Shown here piece by piece: positions 53,691 to 63,496 of a stretch of 63,496 nucleotides of DNA (its first letter is position 1; every line of letters starts with the position of its first letter). This DNA comes from Chiloscyllium plagiosum (Eukaryota). The translations under genes were made by a program, and so were the position numbers. A model generated the notes under the pieces. It searched no databases, had not been told where the DNA came from, and saw nothing but the letters and a program-made list of their open reading frames with translations. The DNA lies in assembly GCF_004010195.1 (NCBI RefSeq), contig NC_057718.1, forward strand, positions 81,149,666 to 81,213,161, written 5' to 3'.

Positions 53691-54524
53691 TATTAATGGT
53701 AAGTCAGATGAAGTAGTGGTCCAATTGACTGGTTCACAAAACACTGTAGGCACCCAATTGCTGGATACATGTCTTTTAGGATGTATGGTGGTAATTTGGC
53801 ATAGTTCCTTTGTCAATTTTGGCTTTCAGGATATGTCAACCTGCCTTTTGGGGACATACAATGTTAATGGTTGTAAAAGATTCTGATTGTCTTATATTGT
53901 CGACATAATATGTGAGGTTGAAAACCTGAAAAGCTTGGAGGTTTGCTTTTGGCTTTGGCTGAGCACTTTGTATTTGTGCATTCATGCTTTCCTTCATGCC
54001 ACAGTTGTGGTGTTGTATCATCTTGTTGTTCACTCGTGTCTCTTAAGATCCAATTTGTCTTCTGAAATCAAATTTTCTGCACATGCATGTCCAGTGTCCT
54101 TTGGTGCCACATGCAATGCCACTTTCTCTCTATAATAGTCCTCTGTTGGTGTTCTTTCCCACTGCACTCCTCATCCCTGCCCCAAATATTCCCCAAAACT
54201 GTTACATTTCTAACTTCTCACAATCTATATGAATGGCCATAGACCTGTCAGGTTCACTATGATTTTCTGTCCCCTCAGATCTTGCCAAATTTTCTGAATA
54301 TTTTTAGCATTTTCTGTTCTTTTATTTCAAATTTCCATCATGTGTACAGTATTTTGTTGACATAACGAAAGAACTAGGAGCAGAAATAGGCAACTCAGTT
54401 GCTTGAATCTCTTCCGCATCTGATTAAATAGTGACTGTGATCACATCTTGGCCTCAACTCCATTTTCCTCCCGATCTCCATAACCGTTCAACCTAATACT
54501 AATTTAAAAATCTGTCTATCTCAG

Positions 54525-55090
54525 AGCCATAGAGATGTACAGCATGGAAACAGATCCTCAGGTTCAACTTGTCCATGCTGACGAGATATCCTAAATTAAT
54601 TTAGTCCCATTTGCTAACATTCCCTCTTAAACCCTTCCTATTAACCTACCCACTGGTGTAATTGTATCTTCCTCCACCATCTCCTGTAGCAGTTCATTCC
54701 AACCATGAACCACCCTCTAAATGAAAATGTTGCCCCTCAGGTTCCTTTTAAATCGTTCCCATTTCACCTTAATTCTATACCTTCCCGTTTTGGACTCCCC
54801 CACCACAGGAAAAAGACTCTGGCTGTTAACCTTATCTGTGACCCTCTCTCCACAGCCTCCAATGCTCCAGGGAAAGAGAGCCCCAGCCCATTCAGCCTCT
54901 CCGTATAGTTCAAATCCTCCAATCCTGGCATCATCCTTGTAAATCTTTTCTGAAACCTTTCAAATTTAACATCTTTCCTATAGCAGGGAGAGCAGAATTG
55001 AATGTAATATTCTAAAAGTGGCCTCACCGATGTCTTTTACAGCTACAACATGATGTCTCAACTACAATATTCGATGCACTGAACAATGAT
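54525..55090 (-). mobile_element. CR1 LINE 3' fragment
   Basis: RPLLEYYIQF...ERFQKRFTRMMPG. Confidence 0.85.
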
Positions 55091-55209
55091 TCCAGCCACT
55101 TAATCCACTGGTTTTCCAGTTGATTCCTGGAGTTGGAATCTCATCAGTTCAGGCAATAAATCAAAAGCATGGACTCAGATTTTTTGAAGGCAGAGTGTTT
55201 AACATTCCT

Positions 55210-55440
55210 GTATTTGATTACAGCCTTTGGTGACTGTGCAAACTACAGAATCATTCTCTCCCTGTCTGCATGGGTTTCCCCAGGTGCTCTGGTTTCCTTA
55301 TTCAGTCCAATGACATGCACGTTAGTTGGATTGGCCATGGTAAATGTGGGGATAAGGGGATAGGATGTGGAGTGGGTCAAGGTAGGATGCTTCTTAGAGG
55401 GTAAGTGCAGACCTGATGGGCATGATGGAAATCTATAATT
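55210..55440 (+). mobile_element. HE1-type SINE fragment
   Basis: V-domain ctccctgtctgcatgggtttcc. Confidence 0.65.
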
Positions 55441-55757
55441 TAAAAAGTTCAAATTACAACACGTCAGCTCATTCATTAGTTGTTCATCTGTTGTCCTCTC
55501 AACATTCCAGTCACATTAGTTTGAAAAACAATCATTGTTTTCATGCAATATCATTGCTTAAAGGATAACATGGTACAACAAATAATAATTTAGCTGCCAA
55601 CAGTGACAAATAGGTAGAACTAAGTATTTAAAATATTTTGTTGAATGATTATGAAGCTATAATCACCCTTGATCTTTGCCGGGAGTGTCACCTTGCGAGT
55701 AGTTCATTCATTTATATCAACCTGACTCCTCTGCAGTATTTGAAGGACACAGACATT

Positions 55758-56115
55758 GGGGTGGCAAGGTGGCTCAGTGGTTAGCACTGCTGCCTCTCAG
55801 CACCAGGGACCTGGGTTCAATTCCATCCTTGGGCTTCCATCTATGTGCAGTTTGCATGTTCTCCCTGTGTCTGCATGTGTTTCCTCTGGGTACTGTGGTT
55901 TCCTTCCATAGTTTAAAGATGTGCAGGTTAAGTAGATTGGCAATGGTAAACTGCCGATAGTTCCGGGGATGTCCAGGCTAGGTTGATTAGCCTTGGGGAA
56001 TGTGGAGTTACAGGGATAGGTTAGAGGGAGTGGGTCAGGATGGGGTGCTGTTTGGAGGGCTAGTATGACTTGATGTGCCAAATGATCTGATTCCACATTG
56101 TGGGAATTCTATGAT
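55758..56115 (+). mobile_element. HE1-type SINE
   Basis: ggtggctcagtggttagcactgctgcc head, V-domain, tail. Confidence 0.88.
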
Positions 56116-56268
56116 GAGGCTTTATTACTATATCTGTTCCTGTATCTGGCGTAGAATAGCTTTGAGACTTAAGGTACTAACAAGATCAAGGAAAACATTT
56201 CACTGAGTAACATGTTGAGAATAGCAATGAATACATAACTTTCACGAGTGCTTAAAGTTAGTATTATT

Positions 56269-56575
56269 CTGGATGTAGGTTTGCTCGCTGAGCTGGAAGG
56301 TTTATTTTCAGACATTTCGTCACCCTACTAAGTAATATCCTCAGTGAGCCTCCGAATGAAGCACTGGTGATGTAGCCTGCTTTCTGTTTACATGTTTGAG
56401 TTTCCTCGGGTTGATTATGTCATTTCCAGTGGTGACATCATTTCCTATGGTGTCATTTCCTGTTATTTTTCTCAGGGTGGTAAATGAGATCCAAATCAAT
56501 GTGTTTGTTGATAGAGCTCTGGTTGGAATGCCATGCTTCTAGGCATTCTAGTACGTGTCTCTGTTTGGCTTCTCC
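56269..56575 (-). mobile_element. Penelope-like element (second family) 3' end with 10-bp TSD
   Basis: Minus LECLEAWHSNQSSINKHIDL; TSD tagtattatt at 56259-56268 and 56576-56585; decayed hammerhead motif 56308-56347. Confidence 0.8.
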
Positions 56576-57640
56576 TAGTATTATTGACACAATTATTGTT
56601 TTATGGAAATTCCAGAATCTATTTCAATAATTTATTTTTTTTTATTTTCTGACAAGAGTTGTCATGTAGATGTTGGCAATTCACATTGTTGCTTTTTATT
56701 TACTATGATTGTTAGAAAGTGCTTGCACCAGTTCATATGTGATTACCAAGTTGAATCAGTAATGCACTTCACTGAAACTGGTAGGTGCATTTTAATTGCT
56801 AATTCATTTTACATTTCTTGTTACATTTATTTTCATATGTAACATTTTTAATGTGTATGATAAATATGTGTACTAATTATTGTCAAAAAATACATTGAAA
56901 AGTTGAAATCTGGACTATGTATTGAGTTAATGGAAATGAAGTGACTTGTATGAACTACTTTGCAAGGGCTCAGTGCTGCAAATATATTTCTGACGTGCCC
57001 CATTTTGAAGCAATTATGGAGAGTTTTAACAATCTGTTTCAAGAACTGGCCCTTCTGGCAAGTTATTGTGTTTGCATCTTTTTAAAAGTCAATGAGAAGA
57101 AATATATTTGGATTTGAATTATCTTGTAAAATGTTGCTAGAATTTCACTAGCCAGGCTTAATAGCATTTATTATAATATCGCATTGTGTTTACAGTGGGG
57201 TTATTCTGCTCTGTGTAACCGTTTTTGTGAAGTTGTGATTCTTAATCTAATGACTGAGTAGCATGTTTTCTGATTCAGAACCTAAACTTTTCCATAGAAT
57301 CAGTGTTGCTGAACTCTCATACCCTGCTACTGCACATCTTTGCACGTGAATCTATAATAATCCTTATCTGATTTGTGTCACACAATCATCACATTGTCTG
57401 ACAGTTCCAGAATCTGTGGTGATCAGATATATCTGTAAATCTGTTGGAAGATTAACGTCTTCTTACTTGGTTACACTTCTCTGATATATGGTCATTTACC
57501 TTCATATGGGCAACCACCTGAAAATTTGAGCAAGTGCCCTTATTGTCAAAGCAGAGACCTTTCTGCTGAATATTGTTTTTCTTTGATAAGCAAATCCATG
57601 GCTTCATTGTATATTATCAAAAGCTTGGATATATATTTAA

Positions 57641-58005
57641 GAGGAGAAAGTAAGGACTGCAGATGCTGGAGATCAGAGCTGAAAATGTGTTGCTGGAAAA
57701 GTGCAGCAGGTCAGGCAGCATCCAAGGAACAGGAGAATCGATGTTTCGGGCATAAGCCCTTCTTCAGGAATGAGGAAAGTGTGCCCAGCAGGCTAAGATA
57801 AAAGTTAGGGAGGAGGGACTTGGGGGAGGGGCGTTGGAAATGCGATAGGTGGAAGGAGGTCAAGGTGAGGGTGATAGGCCGGAGTGGGATGGGGGCGGAG
57901 AGGTCAGGAAGAAGATTGCAGGTTAGGAAGGCGGTGCTGAGTTCGAGGGATTTGACTGAGACAAGGTGGGGGGAGGGGAAATGAGGAAACTGGAGAAATC
58001 TGAGT
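57641..58005 (-). mobile_element. Penelope-like element 3' end, same family as the 24968-25377 arms
   Basis: High similarity to 24937-25190; minus NSDFSSF ORF end. Confidence 0.88.
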
Positions 58006-58851
58006 TATGATTTCAAGGGTAGTTAAAAGTTTGCGTGATTTTTTATCTCTTCATTTGATTATGGGTCTACCAGCTGAAGGAAGTGGATTTAGTTGTGGCA
58101 ACTCGACTGTGTCAGTTGATTGGAAACTTGGTACACAAAGTCATCTGATACACACTTGGAACACCATAAGATTGCAGTTTATGAGTTTGTTTTAGAATAA
58201 TGTTCCTCTTCAAAGTTCAATAAAATTGTTTAGATTGCTATTGTGTAGAAACATTTTGTATCCTGAAAGCGGTAAATTAAATGTAATATGAGTAAAAATT
58301 TTCCATGGAGCCTGTTCAATATCATGTATGAAATGTAGCGCAAAAATTGTTGATTAATGTTAATAATCTGTCGTGGAACCGTAATCAAATGGAGGGATAA
58401 AAAAATCATGCAAACTGTCGTATAAGAACTTGTATTAAAATAAATTACAACTGCATCAAGGCCTGTGGAACAAATTTTAAGGAATACTTTTTTTAATGCT
58501 TACTGGTTACAGTAACTCCCGGGTGTGGCCTGCCTTAGCCAGCTGTCCAATTCAAAATAACAGGACCTGATCTTAATGGAAACATTTCATATTTTTTCCA
58601 GAGCATTAGATAATTTCCATTTTGATTTTCTGAAAGAATAAATGTAATTGTGAGGGAATTAGATTAAAGGCAAACTTGACAGTAACATGAGCCGTCTGGA
58701 ATGCACAAATACCATCTACAAAAGGACAGAAAGCAGCGCCACAACATAAGTGGTATTTAACAGAGGCAATGGGGTCTTCCCTGCTGACTGCAGAGCTAGT
58801 GCAAACCCATAATGACTTTTTTTGGGAAGATCTCAGCTTCATTAAATGTTA

Positions 58852-59076
58852 TAATCAACTGGGAGAAAGTGAGCACTGCAGATGCTGGAGATCAGAGTCG
58901 AAGAGTGTGATGCTGGAAAAGCATGGCCAGTCAGGCAGCATCCAAAGAGGAGGAGAATCGATGTTTCGAGCACAAGCTGATTCTTGATGAAGAAGAGCTC
59001 ATGCTCGAAACGTCGATTCTCCTGTTCTTCCGATGCTGCCTGACCAGCTGTGCTTTTCTAGCACCACACTCTTCGA
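58852..59076. mobile_element. Fold-back PLE terminal-repeat insertion with 15-bp TSD
   Basis: cttcattaaatgtta at 58837-58851 and 59077-59091; inverted arms. Confidence 0.85.
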
Positions 59077-59169
59077 CTTCATTAAATGTTAGTCAGGCAC
59101 TTAAGTGGGAAGTAGCGGACTTTCCACAGGATCATGGTCTCATGCCATCCAGTGACAGTAACCTGATAT

Positions 59170-59280
59170 CAGGAAGGCAGAAATGGGTACTGCAGAGTCT
59201 GGATTAGAGTAGTGCTGGAAAAGCACAGCAGGTCATGCAGCATCCAAGGAGCAGGAAAATCGACGTTACGGGCAAAAGCC
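59170..59280 (-). mobile_element. PLE terminal repeat fragment
   Basis: gctggaaaagcacagcaggtc..gcagcatccaaggagcaggaaaatcgacg. Confidence 0.75.
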
Positions 59281-61024
59281 GCGAAGTCCAGTGTTGTGTT
59301 ATACCACACAACCAGAGTGCAGTATACCTTTAAAACATGCTGTTGATTTATTAAGGTCTCAAACCCCATTTTAACTGGGACCCACATGAACCGTGGTGAA
59401 AGCTTGCTACTATCTGTATTCAAATAGTTTAATCACTAGATGCCTTGCCTCCCCATCGGCACCAAATTAAAAGAAAAATTACAGAACCAACCGACCTCTG
59501 CCAATGAAGGATTCCCACTGGAAGGCCACAGGCAGAAGCACCAAGATTTGTATTTTGGTCTTCCTGCATGCTGCCCAGCATTTGGTTGATCTTTGGTATT
59601 GGGATGAATAGTAGTTATTGCTCTCAAAAGGACCTCAGTTAGCTATGTGATGGGAATAGGACAGATGTGGAAAGACAGTGGGCCCAACTGAAAATCAACC
59701 CACCTGATTAAAGACCCACCAACCACACCAAGCTCATCATGGAGGTGTGCATTAAATTCTGCATTCATATTTAATGAGTTCTAGGTCATGTATTGGTCGA
59801 ATAGAATTCACTTATTTTGGTATTTTACTCAAGGTGAACAGTTGAACAGGCTAGTATCTTTTGAGAATAATTCAAATTCAAGCATGTTTCCAAATCTTGT
59901 AAAGGTCAGACTGCATGCACCACTGTCAATTGGATTGTCAAATTGCTGTTCTGTTCTACATTATCAAAGGTATATTATTTTCATTGCTAAATGTATGCAC
60001 ACCATTTCATGATTCAGAAGGTGTCGAGCAATCTCGTCCCAAACCTTTGCCAATGCTAATCGTGTTCCCAATATTCAGTAGATACAAAAATGAACCTAGG
60101 CAAATTTTCTACATTTTTCCTTTTAGTCTCCTTTTTGTTGAAAACACTTGGCTTCATGAATTGAGCATCTCCTAATGACACATCTCAAAGTGGGAGCTTG
60201 CTGTTGGACAGAAAAATGACACTTACTCATTTCCAACTGTTCTGTAGTGTGTTATATTTCAGCATAAATAAAACACTCCTCATTTCCCCCACCTTAAGAT
60301 TGTATAATTCTGCTAAAATCTACTGACACAAATCAGTTCTATTTTCCTGGACAAAATTAATTCCATTTTTCCAGTTAATGGTAACACAGTTGTATCCTGA
60401 AATGTTTGTATGGGACCATTATACTTCAAACCTACTTCCAATATAGTTGGCAGTGCAGTGGAGTATATTTTGACTTCGTTGGGGAGTTTCTCAAATTTAT
60501 TTTACCTAATTTTAGAGTGAATGTGAATTGAAGATAAATTTGAGGTTAGTTGATTGTTCAAACATGTTTCTTTGCTTCTGGAACAACACTTCACTGTTTA
60601 ATTATGCATGGATTCACTAATCCTTATGATTTGCAGTATTATTATCTATGCCATGCTTTTGAGATTGCTTGATTACAATTGTAAAATAAATAAGACCTAA
60701 ACATAGCAGTCATTACGAAATCCAGAAGCGATATAAGAGAAACTTGCTTACTGCAAGTGGTGAGAATATGGTATTCATGACCACGAGACGAGCAGCATGG
60801 ATACATTTAAGGGAAAGGTACATTAGTAGGGAGAAGAGTAGATAGATATACTGACAAAGTGAGAGTAAGCTTATGCGTAATATGAACACTGGCAAAGACA
60901 TGTTTCTGATCTGTAAGTTCAGTGTAAAAGTTAGCTAACTGTAGTAGCCTGTCAGTGGGCTCAATTTTTGTATTAAGCAGAAATTATTCTTTGTAAGTGT
61001 TTTCAGCAGTAATAGCTATATTTG

Positions 61025-61234
61025 CTGTGGTTCTGTTCGCCGAGCTGGAAGTTTTTGTTGCAAACGTTTCGTCCCCTGTCGAGGTGACATCCTCAGTGCT
61101 TGGGAGCCTCCTGTGAAGCGCTTCTGAGGATGTCACCTAGACAGGGGACGAAACGTTTGCAACAAAAGCTTCCAGCTCGGCGAACAGAACCACAGCAACG
61201 AGCACCCGAGCTACAAATCTTCTCTCAAACTTTG
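61025..61234. mobile_element. Fold-back PLE (second family) insertion with 14-bp TSD
   Basis: aatagctatatttg at 61011-61024 and 61235-61248; 75-bp arms 61022-61096 and 61124-61198 with 2 mismatches. Confidence 0.9.
61060..61099 (-). ncRNA. Minimal hammerhead ribozyme motif (plus-strand partial copy 61124-61160)
   Basis: Minus strand GCA-CTGAGGA-T-GTCACC(tcgaca)GGGGAC-GAAA-C-GTT-TGC. Confidence 0.6.
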
Positions 61235-61313
61235 AATAGCTATATTTGTTTAGTTTTTTTGGATACAGCCAACACTTTTGCATTCTCTTTTGAAAATTAA
61301 CCTGTTACTGCAC

Positions 61314-61687
61314 TTGGGGCTGTTTTCATTGGAGAAAAGAAGGTTTAGGGGTGACTTGATAGAGGTGTACAAGATGATTAGGGGTTTAGATAGGGTAGAC
61401 CATGAGAACCTTTTTCCACGTATGGAGTAAGCTATTACGAGGGGGCATAGCTTTAATTTAAGGGGTGGTAGGTATAAGACCGATGTTAGGGGTAGATTCT
61501 TTACTCAGCGAGTCGTGAGTTCATGGAATGCCCTGCCAGTAGCAGTGGTGGACTCTCCCTCTTTATGGGCATTTAAACGGGCAATGGATAGGCATATGGA
61601 GGATAGTGGACTAGTGTAGGTTAGGTGGGCTTGGATCGGCGCAACATCGAGGGCCAAAGGGCCTGTACTGCGCTGTATTTTTTTCTA
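61314..61687 (+). mobile_element. Young 5'-truncated CR1 LINE
   Basis: RGDLIEVYKM; TSD tgtta(c/a)tgcac at 61303-61313 and 61688-61698. Confidence 0.88.
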
Positions 61688-63269
61688 TGTTAATGCACAC
61701 TACAGCATATCTGAAAATGTGTTTTTAACATTGTCTTCCTTAATTCAGGTGATGAGACACTTTCATTTGTAAATTCTAAGACTAAAATATTCCAGGGCAG
61801 AGTCACTGTTCATATACGCAGCTGTTTCTTTGAAAGACATCATTTGTAGGCTTTCACCACACTTGCTGTAGTGTTCACCAGAGTAGAGTGAATTCAAGTG
61901 TCATTTTAATAAACAGAGTAAGCTGTAATTTGAAAGAACAGTGACAATGAAGTAAATGAATGCCCTATAACTTTGCTATTGAAATTGTTGGTTATCTCAT
62001 ACCATTGCTTTCTGTGTGATTTATGTAAAGGCACAATGATCTGAGATTTCATAAGTTTCACCATAATAAGTGTGCTGCTTTACAACTATTTTTGTACAAT
62101 CAAATTTAAATGAAAAATAATGCATAAGTACATACAGTTTTTAAAAAAGTGAAAAATTCCAGTGGTTGTTTTTAAGCAGATCTGTTAGGAAGAGGCCTAT
62201 AACTCTCCCTGAAGAGATTATTTGTAATTTTCTAATTGTCGCCATTAGAAATCGTGCAATTCTATATGTACAGCATTTTGTACCAAGTGCTCGCTATCAA
62301 TTCAGAAATCCATTCACAAAGATTTGATTTAAAAAAGTTTTTTTCACTCTGATTATGCAGGATGCAGGCATTAAACTCTTCTCAGTGAAATGGTGGGATT
62401 TCAATGTGTTTTCAAATAATCTTGTATCTGTGTGTTCCTCAGAGTGTTTTGACTTTGTTCCAGCTTTTTTTGCATTTGGAAAATTGAGGAAAAACTTCAA
62501 ATATCACTTCACCTTTATTTATTGTATGATGATCTGGCAATTTACATTTATACAGCACTTATTGTATTTTCAAACACTTTGTGACATTAAATTAGACATA
62601 AAAATACAGCAAGCGAAAGATTGACACGTTGGGACAGGTGACCAAAAAGGTAAGTCCAAGGAGAGTTTTCATCTTGAGAGGGGAGAGTGTGAAAGATAAT
62701 AGGATGGAGAGTTTAAATAGGAGAGGAATTTTCGAGCATTATTTTATCATTGTAAAATCTCTGTTAGTCGGCATTGATTCTTTCAACCTCCTTAAAAAAA
62801 AAACACTAAATTTGCCAACTACTATGACTCTGAAGCACCAAAAGGGCATATAGAATAGTGAAAGCATGTATATTTAACTCCCTTATTCAAATGATTTTGA
62901 CCTACTGAGTATAAGCTTAAGTTTCATTGTACCTCATAGGTTATAGGATTTTTCAAAACACTCATTTACCAAAATAATGGATGAGTTAAATTGTTGCCTC
63001 GTGAGAAGCATTTTGGATTATGAAGATTGTAAATTATAGACTATTGTGTATCTATTCGGTTGTGAATAAAATGAAGTGTTAGAAGTACTTAGTAGGTTAA
63101 AGCAAACTTTATGCACCACAGATAAGCAGTAGTTCAGCTGTGCGGTAACTTTGGGAAAACGGATGCTAGAAAAGAGAAATGCTTGAATAGATTTTATAAC
63201 ATTGGTTCCAAAATATTTTTTTCTAACAAAAGCACAAATAGTCTGAGAGATGAAAATAAGAGCATTATA

Positions 63270-63496
63270 GTCTCAGAGTCATAGAGATGTACAGCATGGA
63301 AACAGACCCTTCGGTCCAACCCATCCATGCCGACCAGATATCCCAACCCAATCTAGTCCTACCTGCCAGCACCCAGCCCATATCCCTCCAAACCCTTCCT
63401 ATTCATATACCCATCCAAATGCCTCTTAAATGTTGCAATTGTACCAGCCTCCACTGCATCCTCTGGCAGCTCATTCCATACACGTACCACCCTCTG
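63270..63496 (-). mobile_element. CR1 LINE 3' end, running off the window
   Basis: Reverse complement of the 3' tail of the 1-2152 family. Confidence 0.88.

Noticed and set aside
1..63496. Other QKI exons (the upstream ...KEYPD exon and the downstream EEQNRGKPNW... exon)
   Set aside because: Not found by eye; they probably lie outside the window given long introns.
1..63496. Prokaryotic systems (CRISPR arrays, operons, retrons)
   Set aside because: Vertebrate intronic DNA; no regularly spaced repeats or long intact ORFs, and all RTs are eukaryotic TE relics.

Overview
Eukaryotic, repeat-dense genomic DNA, very probably from a shark or other elasmobranch (many HE1-type V-SINEs, CR1/HER1-like LINEs, a Deu-domain SINE). 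The only host exon I can support is a 117-nt phase-0 coding exon at 20658-20774 (+). It encodes the KH-domain core of a Quaking (QKI) family STAR RNA-binding protein, so the rest of the window is most likely the two flanking introns. The remainder is decayed retroelements: CR1 on both strands, Tx1/L1-like, L2/CR1-group, two Gypsy remnants, many Penelope-like (PLE) fragments, and SINEs. Most short ORFs in the track are TE debris. Notable items: (1) a Gypsy gag-pol remnant that runs directly into an intronless HMGB retrocopy; (2) several fold-back PLE insertions with 14-19 bp TSDs carrying minimal hammerhead-ribozyme motifs, including an apparently perfect 187-bp hairpin; (3) a TSD-bounded 1.26-kb composite PLE insertion carrying about 570 bp of unrelated captured DNA. 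Element boundaries are approximate unless a TSD is given. Family assignments come from motif recognition, not database searches.
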